A stretch of 64,000 nt of DNA from positions 3,168,001 through 3,232,000 of the forward strand of contig OY969811.1 in NCBI GenBank assembly GCA_963703315.1, given 5' to 3'. Under the pieces are notes generated by a model. It was not told the origin of the DNA and searched no databases. It was given only the letters and a program-made list of their open reading frames with translations. This stretch comes from an uncultured cyanobacterium. GTDB lineage: Bacteria > Cyanobacteriota > Cyanobacteriia > Pseudanabaenales > Pseudanabaenaceae. How positions within the stretch are numbered: the stretch's first letter is position 1; the number at the start of each line of letters is the position of its first letter. Shown piece after piece: positions 1-10,363 of the stretch. A program made the position numbers and the translations under genes.

Positions 1-1045
1 AAGCTTGCTCGATCGCCTCATTAAACCGAGATTGTCCAAAGCGCATAATCGTGAGTAAATCTTCCGATTCATTTGCCGATCGCTCTTGACGCGGATCAAG
101 ACTCATTGAGAGGGCTGCCTTGTAGCCAGCATTTTTGATTTTATCCTTAGCTCGCTCCGTAAAGTCACCTTCAGGATAGGTGAAGTAATCAATAGTAATT
201 CCGAGTTCTTTCTCAAGTACTTTCTTGGACTCAGTTACTTCTTTTTCAATTTCTGCATCCTTGAGATTTGTCATATTCAGATGATTGACAGTATGAGAAG
301 CAATAGTGATCAATCCACTCTTATGCATTTCTCGCAGTTGATCCCATGTCGCTTTAGGCTTTTGTCCACCTGTTCCCACAAAGCGAGTATGCACTGACCA
401 CACCGCAGGATAGTTATATTTCTTCAGCAATGGGAAGGCATATTTGTATTGACCGACATAATTATCGTCAAAGGTTAGTAATACAGGCTTTTCGGGTAGT
501 TGAGTGCCTGTCCGCAGATGACTCACCATGAGATCCATGGTTATGGGTGTATAGCCACCTTCTTGCAAAGATTGAAAATGTTTTTCTAACTCTTCAGGAG
601 TGACATCCCAACTCACATCTTTAGATGCAGTAATGTCGTGATACATGATGATCGGAATCTTGGCAGCACGGGCGCGATCGCTAATTTGCGGAAACGGTGC
701 AGGGGTAAAACTGGCAATTAGGTCAGCATTGATCGCAGTACTCAAAGTCGAGAGAATCGGTAACGGATCATTCGCGATCGCATTGATCGATCTGACTTGA
801 TAGAGTGAAGCCGTCACCGATTCCAATGCGTTGTATTGACAAAAGGATTGCGAGGCATTGGCAGTCGAACTTACGGTTACAGCATTTGCATCTGGTTCAC
901 TAATTGCTAAGTTCGTCGAGGCTGGACGATAGGTTACAAGTCTTGAGGCGATCGCTGCACCCATACCAGTACCAAGGGCTGCTAATCCCAGCACAATCCA
1001 AATCGTGTTTGTGCTGCCGTTTTTGTTGCCGTTGCCCCTGCTCAT
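1..1045 (-). CDS. Polysaccharide deacetylase family protein (3' end runs off the window)
   Basis: Manual translation from ATG at 1045 gives MSRGNGNKNGSTNTIWIVLGLAALG, an N-terminal anchor. It then shows IPIIMYH, LLTFDDNY, IASHT and FTYPEG motifs of the NodB/CE4 type. Not in the ORF track because it is truncated. Confidence 0.85.
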   Translation of the reverse strand, partial: MSRGNGNKNGSTNTIWIVLGLAALGTGMGAAIASRLVTYRPASTNLAISEPDANAVTVSSTANASQSFCQYNALESVTASLYQVRSINAIANDPLPILSTLSTAINADLIASFTPAPFPQISDRARAAKIPIIMYHDITASKDVSWDVTPEELEKHFQSLQEGGYTPITMDLMVSHLRTGTQLPEKPVLLTFDDNYVGQYKYAFPLLKKYNYPAVWSVHTRFVGTGGQKPKATWDQLREMHKSGLITIASHTVNHLNMTNLKDAEIEKEVTESKKVLEKELGITIDYFTYPEGDFTERAKDKIKNAGYKAALSMSLDPRQERSANESEDLLTIMRFGQSRFNEAIEQA

Positions 1046-1121
1046 AAAGATTTATAACTTTTCTTATATTACTAGCGCCTATTTAATCAGAGAGACATCA
1101 TGTACACAAGTACCTACAGGG

Positions 1122-1170
1122 AGTTAGCCAAAACTAAAAATGGCTACGCCATTTTTAGTTTTGGCTAACT
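1122..1170. terminator. Long perfect hairpin / dispersed palindrome
   Basis: AGTTAGCCAAAACTAAAAATGGC-TAC-GCCATTTTTAGTTTTGGCTAACT; a related copy lies at 21334-21372. Confidence 0.7.
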
Positions 1171-2008
1171 AAGCCCACCCTGACAGTCGATAAACAAATA
1201 ACCCAATATATTCTTTGATTGCATTAGTCGTATTTTTTAATGCCTCGGCACTAGGCAAAAGATCTAACACCGATGCCCAACCTCGCTGATTTTGATTATT
1301 TACCGTTAAAAAGTCAGTTGGGGCAGCAATACATTCAAAGCCAACTTTACGAAAAATTTCTAGCGATCGCGGCAGGTGGAGAGCCGAAGTCACCAGCAAT
1401 ATCTTATTAATTCCTCGCTTATCTAAAATCAGCTTGGTATTAACGGCATTATCGCGGGTGTTAAAGGATTGGGACTCTTGAACAATTGCATTGGCAGGAA
1501 CACCCATGATTTCGGCGATCGCTGCCATATCTTCGGACTCAGGATTGCCACCCTCGCCATACCACTCGGCTCTCCCCCCTGTCACGACTAATAGCGGCGC
1601 TTTACCCTGTTTATAAAGCCATGAGCCGTACAAAATGCGATCGCCCGCTTCATTGACCTCATACCATTGTCTTGGGGCAATGCGGGGACGAGTACCACCA
1701 CCCAATACCACGATCGCCTCTGCTTGCGGTAACTCGCCATTAGGTAAATATTGCCACTCTAGCGATCGCACTAACCCCTTAGAAACAACTTCGTTACTAC
1801 TCAAAAACAAGATTGTTAATGCTATTCCTAACAAAATTGATGCTACCCGACTTCTTTTAAAGAGACTAATTCCTCTGCCAGCAATAGTTGCACTGCGCGA
1901 TCGCTTGGAACGCCACAGCAAGATAATCAAGGCGATCGTAATCAGTAGGCTAGATAAACCAAGCGGATAAAAAAATAACGGTAAAAGTTTTGATAAAAAT
2001 AGTGACAA
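1169..2008 (-). CDS. YdcF/DUF218 family membrane protein
   Basis: AIVVLGGG, VTGG, ESQSFNTRDNA, LLVTSALHLPRS and KEYIGL motifs; N-terminal TM helices. Confidence 0.9.
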   Translation of the reverse strand: MSLFLSKLLPLFFYPLGLSSLLITIALIILLWRSKRSRSATIAGRGISLFKRSRVASILLGIALTILFLSSNEVVSKGLVRSLEWQYLPNGELPQAEAIVVLGGGTRPRIAPRQWYEVNEAGDRILYGSWLYKQGKAPLLVVTGGRAEWYGEGGNPESEDMAAIAEIMGVPANAIVQESQSFNTRDNAVNTKLILDKRGINKILLVTSALHLPRSLEIFRKVGFECIAAPTDFLTVNNQNQRGWASVLDLLPSAEALKNTTNAIKEYIGLFVYRLSGWA

Positions 2009-2038
2009 AGTTTAAACCCTACCTTAGCAATTACGGCA

Positions 2039-2153
2039 TATAGCGATTGCCAGTCTTTCTATGACACAAAACCAGAAGATGAGTTGTGGCGCGAAGTGCC
2101 ACAACTCGCTTCTTGGGTTTTGATTTGTGCTAATGCAAATGGCGACAGCTATA
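2039..2153. repeat. MITE-like palindromic repeat (TATAGC...GCTATA ends, central GAGTTG hairpin)
   Basis: Related copies at 29418-29531, 51907-51943, 56688-56773 and about 56900-56940. Confidence 0.65.
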
Positions 2154-2196
2154 GCAATCCTAAATCATTTTCAAAGGAGCTAATCAGCTAGGTTTA

Positions 2197-3455
2197 CTGA
2201 GATCTTGCACCATTCAAGAAAAGGGGTTGTAGAAAGAGCAGAAATGTGAAAAAAAGGGCGTAGTAGTAAATTCAAATAACGATTATGGAAAGCATCGTTA
2301 AACACGCCCAATGGCTAGTGTATAGTCTTCTGTGTTTGATGCCAAGTGTGTATCAAAAAGCAAGTCTCAATGCAATATTAGGGCTATTTCTGGAAGCACA
2401 AGGGCATCCTTATCCAGAACATACACAGATAAAATCAGCAAGTGCGCTCAGTCGATTTCTCAATCACTATAACTGGTCAACCAGAGGACTAATTCGAGCA
2501 ACAAGGCAGGCTATTTTGGGACAAATCGGCAAGCATCATCCATCGAAACAAGTGCCATTAAAGATCCTGATAGATTTGACGACCCTAGAAAAATGCGGCA
2601 AGTTCTTACAATTGAGCAATCCCACTAAAGACAAACCCGACCCATGGGTGAGAATACTAAACGGCAAGCGAGGACTACATCTGGTTGTACTGTATTTGGT
2701 CTATGGAGAGTGGCGCGTACCATGGAGTTTTAGAGTATGGCGCGGCAAAGGATACCCCAGTCCCTCTGACTTAGCTTGTAAGTTGTTGGGGACAGTACCC
2801 AAGCAACTAACCCAAGGCAAGACTGTGATTGTCCTTGCTGATACTGAGTTTAGTACGGTGAAGTTTTTCAATGCTGTCCGCGCCAAGTCTTGGCGCATAG
2901 TTGTCGGCGTACGCAACAATCGCAAACTTCAAGATGGACGTACCGTCAAACAACTTTATCGCCATGGCAACCGTGGACAACAAGTTTTACTGAAAGGGCT
3001 AACTAAGCCTTTGACCATCTCTTGGTTCTGGCTCAAAAGAGCCGATAGTAAACGGGAGTTACGCTTTGTCGTCTCTTCTCATCCTTATTCTGGTGCTTAT
3101 CTGGTTATGTTGGGGCGTAAGCGTTGGGCAATTGAGGGTTTCTTCAAAACCATCAAACATCGCTTTGGTTTGCATTGTTTTGGACAATCTACAAAACTTG
3201 GCGTTTATCGTTGGCTTATCCTTTCTCTGCTTGCTTATCTTTTGGTTCATTGGATTGATCAATGGTCGAGTCCTCCCATCTTGGACTGGAAAGCTACCTG
3301 TGATTTAACTCTTTCTGTTTTATTCCCTTCTGTCCTTTGGTTGAAACTTCTCAGGTATCTTCAAATTAGTGCCGATATTGCTGCTCGTCATGGCTTTGAA
3401 ATTATTCTCAAACCCATTCCCACTTAACATTTTCAGGAATGGTGCAAGATCTGAG
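2197..3455 (+). mobile_element. IS701-like insertion sequence, copy 1 (1259 bp)
   Basis: 19-bp terminal IRs CTGAGATCTTGCACCATTC / GAATGGTGCAAGATCTGAG with 1 mismatch; 4-bp TSD TTTA at 2193-2196 and 3456-3459. Confidence 0.93.
2285..3427 (+). CDS. DDE transposase (IS701/IS4-like)
   Basis: ILIDLT, LADTEF and RWAIEGFFK DDE motifs; lies inside the IRs. Confidence 0.92.
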   Translation: MESIVKHAQWLVYSLLCLMPSVYQKASLNAILGLFLEAQGHPYPEHTQIKSASALSRFLNHYNWSTRGLIRATRQAILGQIGKHHPSKQVPLKILIDLTTLEKCGKFLQLSNPTKDKPDPWVRILNGKRGLHLVVLYLVYGEWRVPWSFRVWRGKGYPSPSDLACKLLGTVPKQLTQGKTVIVLADTEFSTVKFFNAVRAKSWRIVVGVRNNRKLQDGRTVKQLYRHGNRGQQVLLKGLTKPLTISWFWLKRADSKRELRFVVSSHPYSGAYLVMLGRKRWAIEGFFKTIKHRFGLHCFGQSTKLGVYRWLILSLLAYLLVHWIDQWSSPPILDWKATCDLTLSVLFPSVLWLKLLRYLQISADIAARHGFEIILKPIPT

Positions 3456-3607
3456 TTTACATAATTTTAAAGCCATATCTTTATATAAGTTAATTGTCAA
3501 CTGTGAAGAGGAGAAGCATTGATAAGTAGAGGTTGTAACCAAAAGTTAAGAAAATAATTACGCCAATGCTCTAATCCTACAGAGAATCAAAACTTAAATT
3601 ACAATAA

Positions 3608-4866
3608 CTGAGATCTTGCACCATTCAAGAAAAGGGGTTGTAGAAAGAGCAGAAATGTGAAAAAAAGGGCGTAGTAGTAAATTCAAATAACGATTATGGA
3701 AAGCATCGTTAAACACGCCCAATGGCTAGTGTATAGTCTTCTGTGTTTGATGCCAAGTGTGTATCAAAAAGCAAGTCTCAATGCAATATTAGGGCTATTT
3801 CTGGAAGCACAAGGGCATCCTTATCCAGAACATACACAGATAAAATCAGCAAGTGCGCTCAGTCGATTTCTCAATCACTATAACTGGTCAACCAGAGGAC
3901 TAATTCGAGCAACAAGGCAGGCTATTTTGGGACAAATCGGCAAGCATCATCCATCGAAACAAGTGCCATTAAAGATCCTGATAGATTTGACGACCCTAGA
4001 AAAATGCGGCAAGTTCTTACAATTGAGCAATCCCACTAAAGACAAACCCGACCCATGGGTGAGAATACTAAACGGCAAGCGAGGACTACATCTGGTTGTA
4101 CTGTATTTGGTCTATGGAGAGTGGCGCGTACCATGGAGTTTTAGAGTATGGCGCGGCAAAGGATACCCCAGTCCCTCTGACTTAGCTTGTAAGTTGTTGG
4201 GGACAGTACCCAAGCAACTAACCCAAGGCAAGACTGTGATTGTCCTTGCTGATACTGAGTTTAGTACGGTGAAGTTTTTCAATGCTGTCCGCGCCAAGTC
4301 TTGGCGCATAGTTGTCGGCGTACGCAACAATCGCAAACTTCAAGATGGACGTACCGTCAAACAACTTTATCGCCATGGCAACCGTGGACAACAAGTTTTA
4401 CTGAAAGGGCTAACTAAGCCTTTGACCATCTCTTGGTTCTGGCTCAAAAGAGCCGATAGTAAACGGGAGTTACGCTTTGTCGTCTCTTCTCATCCTTATT
4501 CTGGTGCTTATCTGGTTATGTTGGGGCGTAAGCGTTGGGCAATTGAGGGTTTCTTCAAAACCATCAAACATCGCTTTGGTTTGCATTGTTTTGGACAATC
4601 TACAAAACTTGGCGTTTATCGTTGGCTTATCCTTTCTCTGCTTGCTTATCTTTTGGTTCATTGGATTGATCAATGGTCGAGTCCTCCCATCTTGGACTGG
4701 AAAGCTACCTGTGATTTAACTCTTTCTGTTTTATTCCCTTCTGTCCTTTGGTTGAAACTTCTCAGGTATCTTCAAATTAGTGCCGATATTGCTGCTCGTC
4801 ATGGCTTTGAAATTATTCTCAAACCCATTCCCACTTAACATTTTCAGGAATGGTGCAAGATCTGAG
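3608..4866 (+). mobile_element. IS701-like insertion sequence, copy 2 (1259 bp, same as copy 1)
   Basis: Same IRs as copy 1; a different 4-bp TSD, ATAA, at 3604-3607 and 4867-4870. Confidence 0.93.
3696..4838 (+). CDS. DDE transposase (IS701/IS4-like), identical protein to copy 1
   Basis: The 380-aa translation is identical to 2285..3427. Confidence 0.92.
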   Translation: MESIVKHAQWLVYSLLCLMPSVYQKASLNAILGLFLEAQGHPYPEHTQIKSASALSRFLNHYNWSTRGLIRATRQAILGQIGKHHPSKQVPLKILIDLTTLEKCGKFLQLSNPTKDKPDPWVRILNGKRGLHLVVLYLVYGEWRVPWSFRVWRGKGYPSPSDLACKLLGTVPKQLTQGKTVIVLADTEFSTVKFFNAVRAKSWRIVVGVRNNRKLQDGRTVKQLYRHGNRGQQVLLKGLTKPLTISWFWLKRADSKRELRFVVSSHPYSGAYLVMLGRKRWAIEGFFKTIKHRFGLHCFGQSTKLGVYRWLILSLLAYLLVHWIDQWSSPPILDWKATCDLTLSVLFPSVLWLKLLRYLQISADIAARHGFEIILKPIPT

Positions 4867-5097
4867 ATAATTTACTTCAAAGGTGAGATGTTTATGGTTT
4901 AATGGTGGTTCGGGGGAGTCAATAATGCTTTGTTACAGTACTTCTTAGTAGCTAAACTTTATAGTTTCTAGGATTTCAAGATTTTGGCAAACTGAATATC
5001 TAGCAAAGCTATTAGAAAATATATATTCTTAAAATATGTGTTACGAGGGGAAGTCTGATCCAAACTCAATAGTTGAATTTTGTAATCGGTAATCATT

Positions 5098-6396
5098 ATG
5101 GTGTACACCTCTATTAATGTAGATGATGTGACTCAAAAAGATCAAAGACAGTCTGCTAGAGAGACATTAAAAAACCTAGAAATCTGCAAAGATGGATGTG
5201 TATATATTGTCCGCGATCGCATTCGTTGGTCTTTTTATATTGAGAAGGGAAAATTAGTCTATGCTTCCCACTCATTAGATAGCTTTGAGAGACTAGAAAG
5301 ACATTTACGGGCGCTAAGTCGAGAACTACCAGCCCTCAATGACAAATTGCGATCGCAGCTACGTCTAATGTTTGACGATCCCAATCCTGAAAATGCTAAG
5401 TACAAAGTAACCACTGAAATTCTCTGTACTGAATACCTTGCCATTTTATGGCTAGTCGGTGAGGGGCATCTACCCAAACCAATGGCAGGTAAATTGGTTG
5501 CCCGTATTATTCAAGAAGTAGTGGAGTCCTTTCTGTGCTTACCCAGTGGGGAATTCAGCAACATTTATTATGAGCATTTCTTAAAAGAAACCTATTGCAG
5601 TTTATCGGTTGATCGCATTCTCGAAGTTGTTACCCAACGGCTCCAAGCTTGGTACAGTCTTGGTCCCACCATTTGCTCACCCTATCAATGTCCCTATCTG
5701 GTTAGTCAAACATCTGCGGAAAAGCGAATGTCAGTGGAGACTGTCCAGAGACTTGGGCGCATTCTGCGTGGTTTTAACTTCTGTCAGTTAGGCGCATTAC
5801 TCGGCAAAGATCCTCTCGCGATCGCCAAACAACTGACTCCTCTAATTAGTGATGGCTCAATTTTATTGAGAGATCCCTTATCTCCTTTTGATATGTTGCC
5901 GCGCACCTATTATCTAGCCCCTGAAGAGGAGAGAGAAAACATCGAAAAGCTCTCCGAAACATTTACTGATGAAGCTAGCTCAGAAGATGATATATCTGGT
6001 ATTTCACAGGTTTTTATCAGCCAGCCAGTCAAAACGTGGAAAGTTGTTTGTATTGATGACAGCGAATCAATGCTCAGCATTATTAACAGCTATTTGGGTA
6101 GAGAAGATTTTCAAGTTACCCTCATTCAAGATTCGATGAAAGCACTGTTAAGAATTACTTCTATCCGTCCTGATTTGATCTTGCTAGATATCGGAATGCC
6201 CAATGTTGATGGATATCAACTTTGCTCTCTAATTCGTAAGTCATCTATTCTAAAAGACATTCCGATTGTGATGGTGACAGGAAACAAAGGCTTGATTGAT
6301 CGCGCCCGTGCCAGAATCGCAGGAGCAACGGATTATCTGACCAAACCTTTTGTCCAAGCTGATTTATTAAAAATGATGATACGGCATCTGATGTGA
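5098..6396 (+). CDS. PatA-family response regulator (PATAN + receiver domain)
   Basis: N-terminal GKLVYASHS PATAN-like region; C-terminal REC (CIDDS, LLDIGMP, YLTKPF); first gene of a Che-like cluster. Confidence 0.88.
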   Translation: MVYTSINVDDVTQKDQRQSARETLKNLEICKDGCVYIVRDRIRWSFYIEKGKLVYASHSLDSFERLERHLRALSRELPALNDKLRSQLRLMFDDPNPENAKYKVTTEILCTEYLAILWLVGEGHLPKPMAGKLVARIIQEVVESFLCLPSGEFSNIYYEHFLKETYCSLSVDRILEVVTQRLQAWYSLGPTICSPYQCPYLVSQTSAEKRMSVETVQRLGRILRGFNFCQLGALLGKDPLAIAKQLTPLISDGSILLRDPLSPFDMLPRTYYLAPEEERENIEKLSETFTDEASSEDDISGISQVFISQPVKTWKVVCIDDSESMLSIINSYLGREDFQVTLIQDSMKALLRITSIRPDLILLDIGMPNVDGYQLCSLIRKSSILKDIPIVMVTGNKGLIDRARARIAGATDYLTKPFVQADLLKMMIRHLM

Positions 6397-6596
6397 GTAT
6401 TTACTAGGAATATTTATTTAGAGCAGTTAACTCCTCCAAATCTAAAAATGTCCTCCTTTTATATGGTATGTTTATGTTTTTATTAAGAATTAACTAGTCA
6501 GACAGAATAGGATTAATCACAAAAGCCAAATCTTGTCCGCAACAGCCTTAGTTAGTAAAGAAAATCAAAGAAACAGAATTAGAGTGAGTACGCATT

Positions 6597-6956
6597 ATGA
6601 CGACAGTTCTTGTAGTTGAAGATACTGCTTCTGAGCAGGATTTAATTGTTAGTTATTTAGTTGAAAGTGGTTACAGTGTAATCAGTGCCACTAATGGACA
6701 AGAAGCCCTAAAAAAAATCGAAGGTAAGAAGCCTGATGTCGTGGTTACGGATTTGGTAATGCCTGGAATGAGCGGATTAGAGCTATGCCGCAGTCTCAAA
6801 AAAAATAGTGAAACCAAGGATGTGCCGATCGTGGCTTGTACCTCGAAAAACCAAGAACTCGACAAACTATGGGGAATGAAACAGGGCATTGATGTCTATG
6901 TTACTAAGCCTTTCACCCGTGAGGATATTTTACGCGCAGTCCGTTCTGTTGCCTAA
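6597..6956 (+). CDS. CheY/PilH-like single-domain response regulator
   Basis: VLVVED, TDLVMP, WGMKQG and TKPF motifs. Confidence 0.9.
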   Translation: MTTVLVVEDTASEQDLIVSYLVESGYSVISATNGQEALKKIEGKKPDVVVTDLVMPGMSGLELCRSLKKNSETKDVPIVACTSKNQELDKLWGMKQGIDVYVTKPFTREDILRAVRSVA

Positions 6957-7059
6957 ATTTGGTGGACTAATTGTTAGGGCTTGGACATCAAGTCCCAACA
7001 ATTAGGGGCTATCGACCTAAACGAAAACTTTGTGGATACATAACTAAGGAGACAAAATT

Positions 7060-7425
7060 TTGATTACAGTATTGGTTGTAGAGGATACGCCTTCCGAACG
7101 TGAGTTGATCTGCGATTACCTGCGGCAGGGAGGGTATACGGTAGTAAGTGCTACGAATGGGACAGAAGGATTAGAGAAGTTTACTAAAACTAATCCCAAT
7201 GTGGTAATTACGGATTTGGTAATGCCCGGCATGAGTGGGTTAGAACTCTGCCGCGCAATCAAAAAAGTTGCTACAACCAAAGTACCTGTGATTGCTTGTA
7301 CTTCTAAAAACCAAGAACTCGATCGCCTTTGGGGAATGAAACAAGGTGTCGATGTTTATCTCACGAAGCCTTTTACGAAGGAGGATATCTTACAAGCAGT
7401 GCGATCGCTGGGTTTAGGAGGATGA
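7060..7425 (+). CDS. Second CheY/PilH-like response regulator (tandem paralog)
   Basis: TTG start after a GGAG RBS; highly similar to 6597..6956. Confidence 0.9.
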   Translation: MITVLVVEDTPSERELICDYLRQGGYTVVSATNGTEGLEKFTKTNPNVVITDLVMPGMSGLELCRAIKKVATTKVPVIACTSKNQELDRLWGMKQGVDVYLTKPFTKEDILQAVRSLGLGG

Positions 7426-7426
7426 T

Positions 7427-7939
7427 ATGAGCAGCAACCTGACGATCGAATTACGCGAAGATCAGACGCAGGCGATCGCAAGTCTGCCCTACCTCACCTT
7501 GCAACTAAATCGTGATGTGACCGTAGCATTACCACTCAAAACTGTCCGCGAAACCCTAGTACTCGCCACCGAGAGATTTACGCAAATGCCCAATGTGCAT
7601 CCCTGTCTTATGGGATTAGTTGAGCATCGTAGTAATGTTTTTTGGGTGCTTGACTTACCGCAATTTTTAGGGTTTGAGCCCCTTGACTCTACTTCTATTG
7701 AGACACATATTGCCGTCTTACAAATTGGTGGAGCATTTCTGGGCTTAGGTGTGTATCGGATTGGGCGAGTTGTCCGTTTTACGGAAGCTGAAATTACTTC
7801 TCCAGAAGAGCTACCCAAAAACAAAATTCCGATGGAGACTGTACCATTTTTGCGTGGTTGTATAGTTCCACCTGAAGACACTAACCCTCTATATGTTTTA
7901 GATACAGAGGCGATCACCAACTATCAATTCGCCCAATAG
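7427..7939 (+). CDS. CheW-like adaptor
   Basis: MPNVHPCLMGLVEHRSNVFWVLDL CheW signature; operon position. Confidence 0.88.
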   Translation: MSSNLTIELREDQTQAIASLPYLTLQLNRDVTVALPLKTVRETLVLATERFTQMPNVHPCLMGLVEHRSNVFWVLDLPQFLGFEPLDSTSIETHIAVLQIGGAFLGLGVYRIGRVVRFTEAEITSPEELPKNKIPMETVPFLRGCIVPPEDTNPLYVLDTEAITNYQFAQ

Positions 7940-7980
7940 CCTTTTCTTTTTTCTCTTTTTGAAAAGCGGAGTTTACCCCT

Positions 7981-10302
7981 ATGATTCTCGATTCCCGTTC
8001 TCGCACCGATAGCCCTGAAACAATCAATAGTAATGGTGATAATTCTAGTAATGGTTCTAGTAATGGAACCTACGAAACCTTAGAGATCAAGACTCCTGAC
8101 ATTTTGATTCCAGTCGCACCTGAATCTAAACGAAAGTCGCTTGGACAGTGGTGGCAATCTCTGGGCTTGCGGACAAAAACGACGATTATCTCCGTTACCG
8201 CGATTACCATACCTTTGTTAGCAATTGGTGGATTTACCTATTATTACGTCGGTCAAGATATCACCAAATCAACACAACAAGCTAAAGCGCTACGGGCGAA
8301 CGGGATGGCATATCGAGCTGCATACTTCATGCGAGAGCGATTTTCAGATATTCAAGTACTATCGAAGTTGTCATTTTTGATCAATCCCAAGATCTCCGCC
8401 GTCTCTACATTTCAAGAACGTCAGGCTGTTTTGAATGATTACATCAAAAGCTACATTGTTTACGACAGTATTGCGGCATTTGACCTGAATGGCAATCTGA
8501 TTATCCAGTCCCAAGGCACTCTACTGACCAACCACAGCGATCGCGATTATTTCCAAGAAGTACTCAAAACTAATGCGCCTGTCGTTAGCCAACCAGAAGT
8601 TTCTAAATCTTCTGGTAAAGTGGTAATTCACTTCGCGGCTCCAATTAAGGATTCGGTTACAGGGAAAACCACTGGGGTGATTCGGTCACGGATGTATATT
8701 GATTATCTTGAAGACCTGATTAAGGACTTTAGCCGTGATGGTGAGCAGTATCACATGGCTGAAGCAGATGGAAAGTTTTTTGTTGCCTTGGAAAAAGAGA
8801 AAGTTGGTCGTGTACTCAAAACAGAGTTGCCTACATTTGTTCCCGCCATTGCTAAACGCGAAATTGCACTGGGGGAAACCATTAACTCACTTAGTAACAA
8901 GGAGCAATTTGTTGGTTATTCGCCTCTACCAAAGTTGGAGGGATTGCCTGATTTAAAATGGGATGCGCTTATTACGATTGACAAAGATATCGCACTTAAA
9001 CCATTGCAACAATTGTTGTTCATCCTATTGGGTGCGACGGGATCTGTGGCGATTTTGGCAGCAGTATTTGCGATCGCGATCGCTCAACGTGCTACCAAAC
9101 CCGTAATCGAAGCAACAGCCGCAGTTATCGATCTCGGTCAAGGTAAGTTAGACACTCGTTTAACTGTACAGGGTCAAGATGAACTTGCACAGTTAGGAGA
9201 TAACATCAACTTGATGGCGGAACAGTTGCAAGAATTTATTGCTCTGCAAGAAGACCAAAAACGGCAATCTGAAGAGTTAGCAGAAAGGGAACGTCTTCGT
9301 AGTGAATCTATTCAACGCGAGTTAATTACGCTCTTAACAGATGTTGAAGGCGCGGCAAGTGGAGACTTAACTGTTCGCGCTCAAATCTCGGCTGGTGAAA
9401 TTGGGATTGTTGCTGACTTCTTTAACGCGATCGTGGAAAGTTTACGGGACGTTGTCACACAGGTAAAAGAAGCGACTTTGCAGGTAAATACTTCGGTAAA
9501 TACTAACAATGAATCAATTCGGAACCTAGCCCAAGATGCAGCTTTACAAGCAGAACAATTAGATGAAGCGCTCCAATCCGTAGAACAGATGACGGACTCC
9601 ATTCAACAAGTGGCAAGTAACGCGAGACAGGCGGCTGATGCATCTAACCAAGCGGCGGCAACCGCAGAAACTGGTAGCGTCGCGATCGAGCAGTCGGCAT
9701 CTAGTATTCTGCAACTACGTCAAACTGTTGCGGACACAACGAAAAAGGTAAAACGACTTGGTGAAGCATCGCAACAAATTTCTAAGGTTGTCGTTCTGAT
9801 CGATCAAATCGCCCTGAAAACAAATATGTTGGCGGTAAACGCTAGTATTGAGGCAGCGCGTGCGGGTGAAGAAGGTCGAGGCTTTGCGGTGGTTGCGGAA
9901 GAAGTTGGTGCGTTGGCGGCACAGTCAGCAACAGCAACTAAAGAAATTGCCCGCATTGTCGAAACCATTCAACAGGAAACTAGTGAAGTGGTTGAATCAA
10001 TGGAAGCGAGTACTTTACAAGTGGTTGAAGGTACAAACAAGGTTGAAGATGCACGAAAGAGCTTGAGTCAGATTGTGGAAGTGGCAAGAAGGGTAAACGA
10101 ACTCTTCCAAGGTATTTCCAATGCGACAACTTCACAGGTACAAACTTCGCAGTCAGTGAAGCAGGTTATGGAGAATCTCTCGACTCAATCACAGAAATCT
10201 TCGGAAACTTCTCGTGAGGTGGCGATCGCTCTTCAAGAAACCGCTAACGTTGCCAGTAAGTTACAGGCTTCGGTAGAGACGTTTAAGGTTGAGGCTGCTT
10301 AA
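7981..10302 (+). CDS. Methyl-accepting chemotaxis protein (TM-Cache-TM-HAMP-MA)
   Basis: SDRDYF Cache motif, [17 protein letters not shown], and the [26 protein letters not shown] signalling hairpin. Confidence 0.93.
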   Translation: MILDSRSRTDSPETINSNGDNSSNGSSNGTYETLEIKTPDILIPVAPESKRKSLGQWWQSLGLRTKTTIISVTAITIPLLAIGGFTYYYVGQDITKSTQQAKALRANGMAYRAAYFMRERFSDIQVLSKLSFLINPKISAVSTFQERQAVLNDYIKSYIVYDSIAAFDLNGNLIIQSQGTLLTNHSDRDYFQEVLKTNAPVVSQPEVSKSSGKVVIHFAAPIKDSVTGKTTGVIRSRMYIDYLEDLIKDFSRDGEQYHMAEADGKFFVALEKEKVGRVLKTELPTFVPAIAKREIALGETINSLSNKEQFVGYSPLPKLEGLPDLKWDALITIDKDIALKPLQQLLFILLGATGSVAILAAVFAIAIAQRATKPVIEATAAVIDLGQGKLDTRLTVQGQDELAQLGDNINLMAEQLQEFIALQEDQKRQSEELAERERLRSESIQRELITLLTDVEGAASGDLTVRAQISAGEIGIVADFFNAIVESLRDVVTQVKEATLQVNTSVNTNNESIRNLAQDAALQAEQLDEALQSVEQMTDSIQQVASNARQAADASNQAAATAETGSVAIEQSASSILQLRQTVADTTKKVKRLGEASQQISKVVVLIDQIALKTNMLAVNASIEAARAGEEGRGFAVVAEEVGALAAQSATATKEIARIVETIQQETSEVVESMEASTLQVVEGTNKVEDARKSLSQIVEVARRVNELFQGISNATTSQVQTSQSVKQVMENLSTQSQKSSETSREVAIALQETANVASKLQASVETFKVEAA

Positions 10303-10363
10303 TTTTTGAAGTCTGTGCAAGGCACAGACTTCAAAAACGATTCAACAACTAGTGGAGGTCGAT

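Noticed and set aside
2197..4866. Tandem IS copies as an assembly artefact or simple tandem duplication
   Set aside because: Each copy has its own distinct TSD and the spacer between them is unique sequence.
3598..4878. RpaB/HLR1-like direct repeat (ATTACAAT-AA-TTTACTTC) split by IS copy 2
   Set aside because: Several mismatches in AT-rich DNA, so it cannot be told from chance without data.
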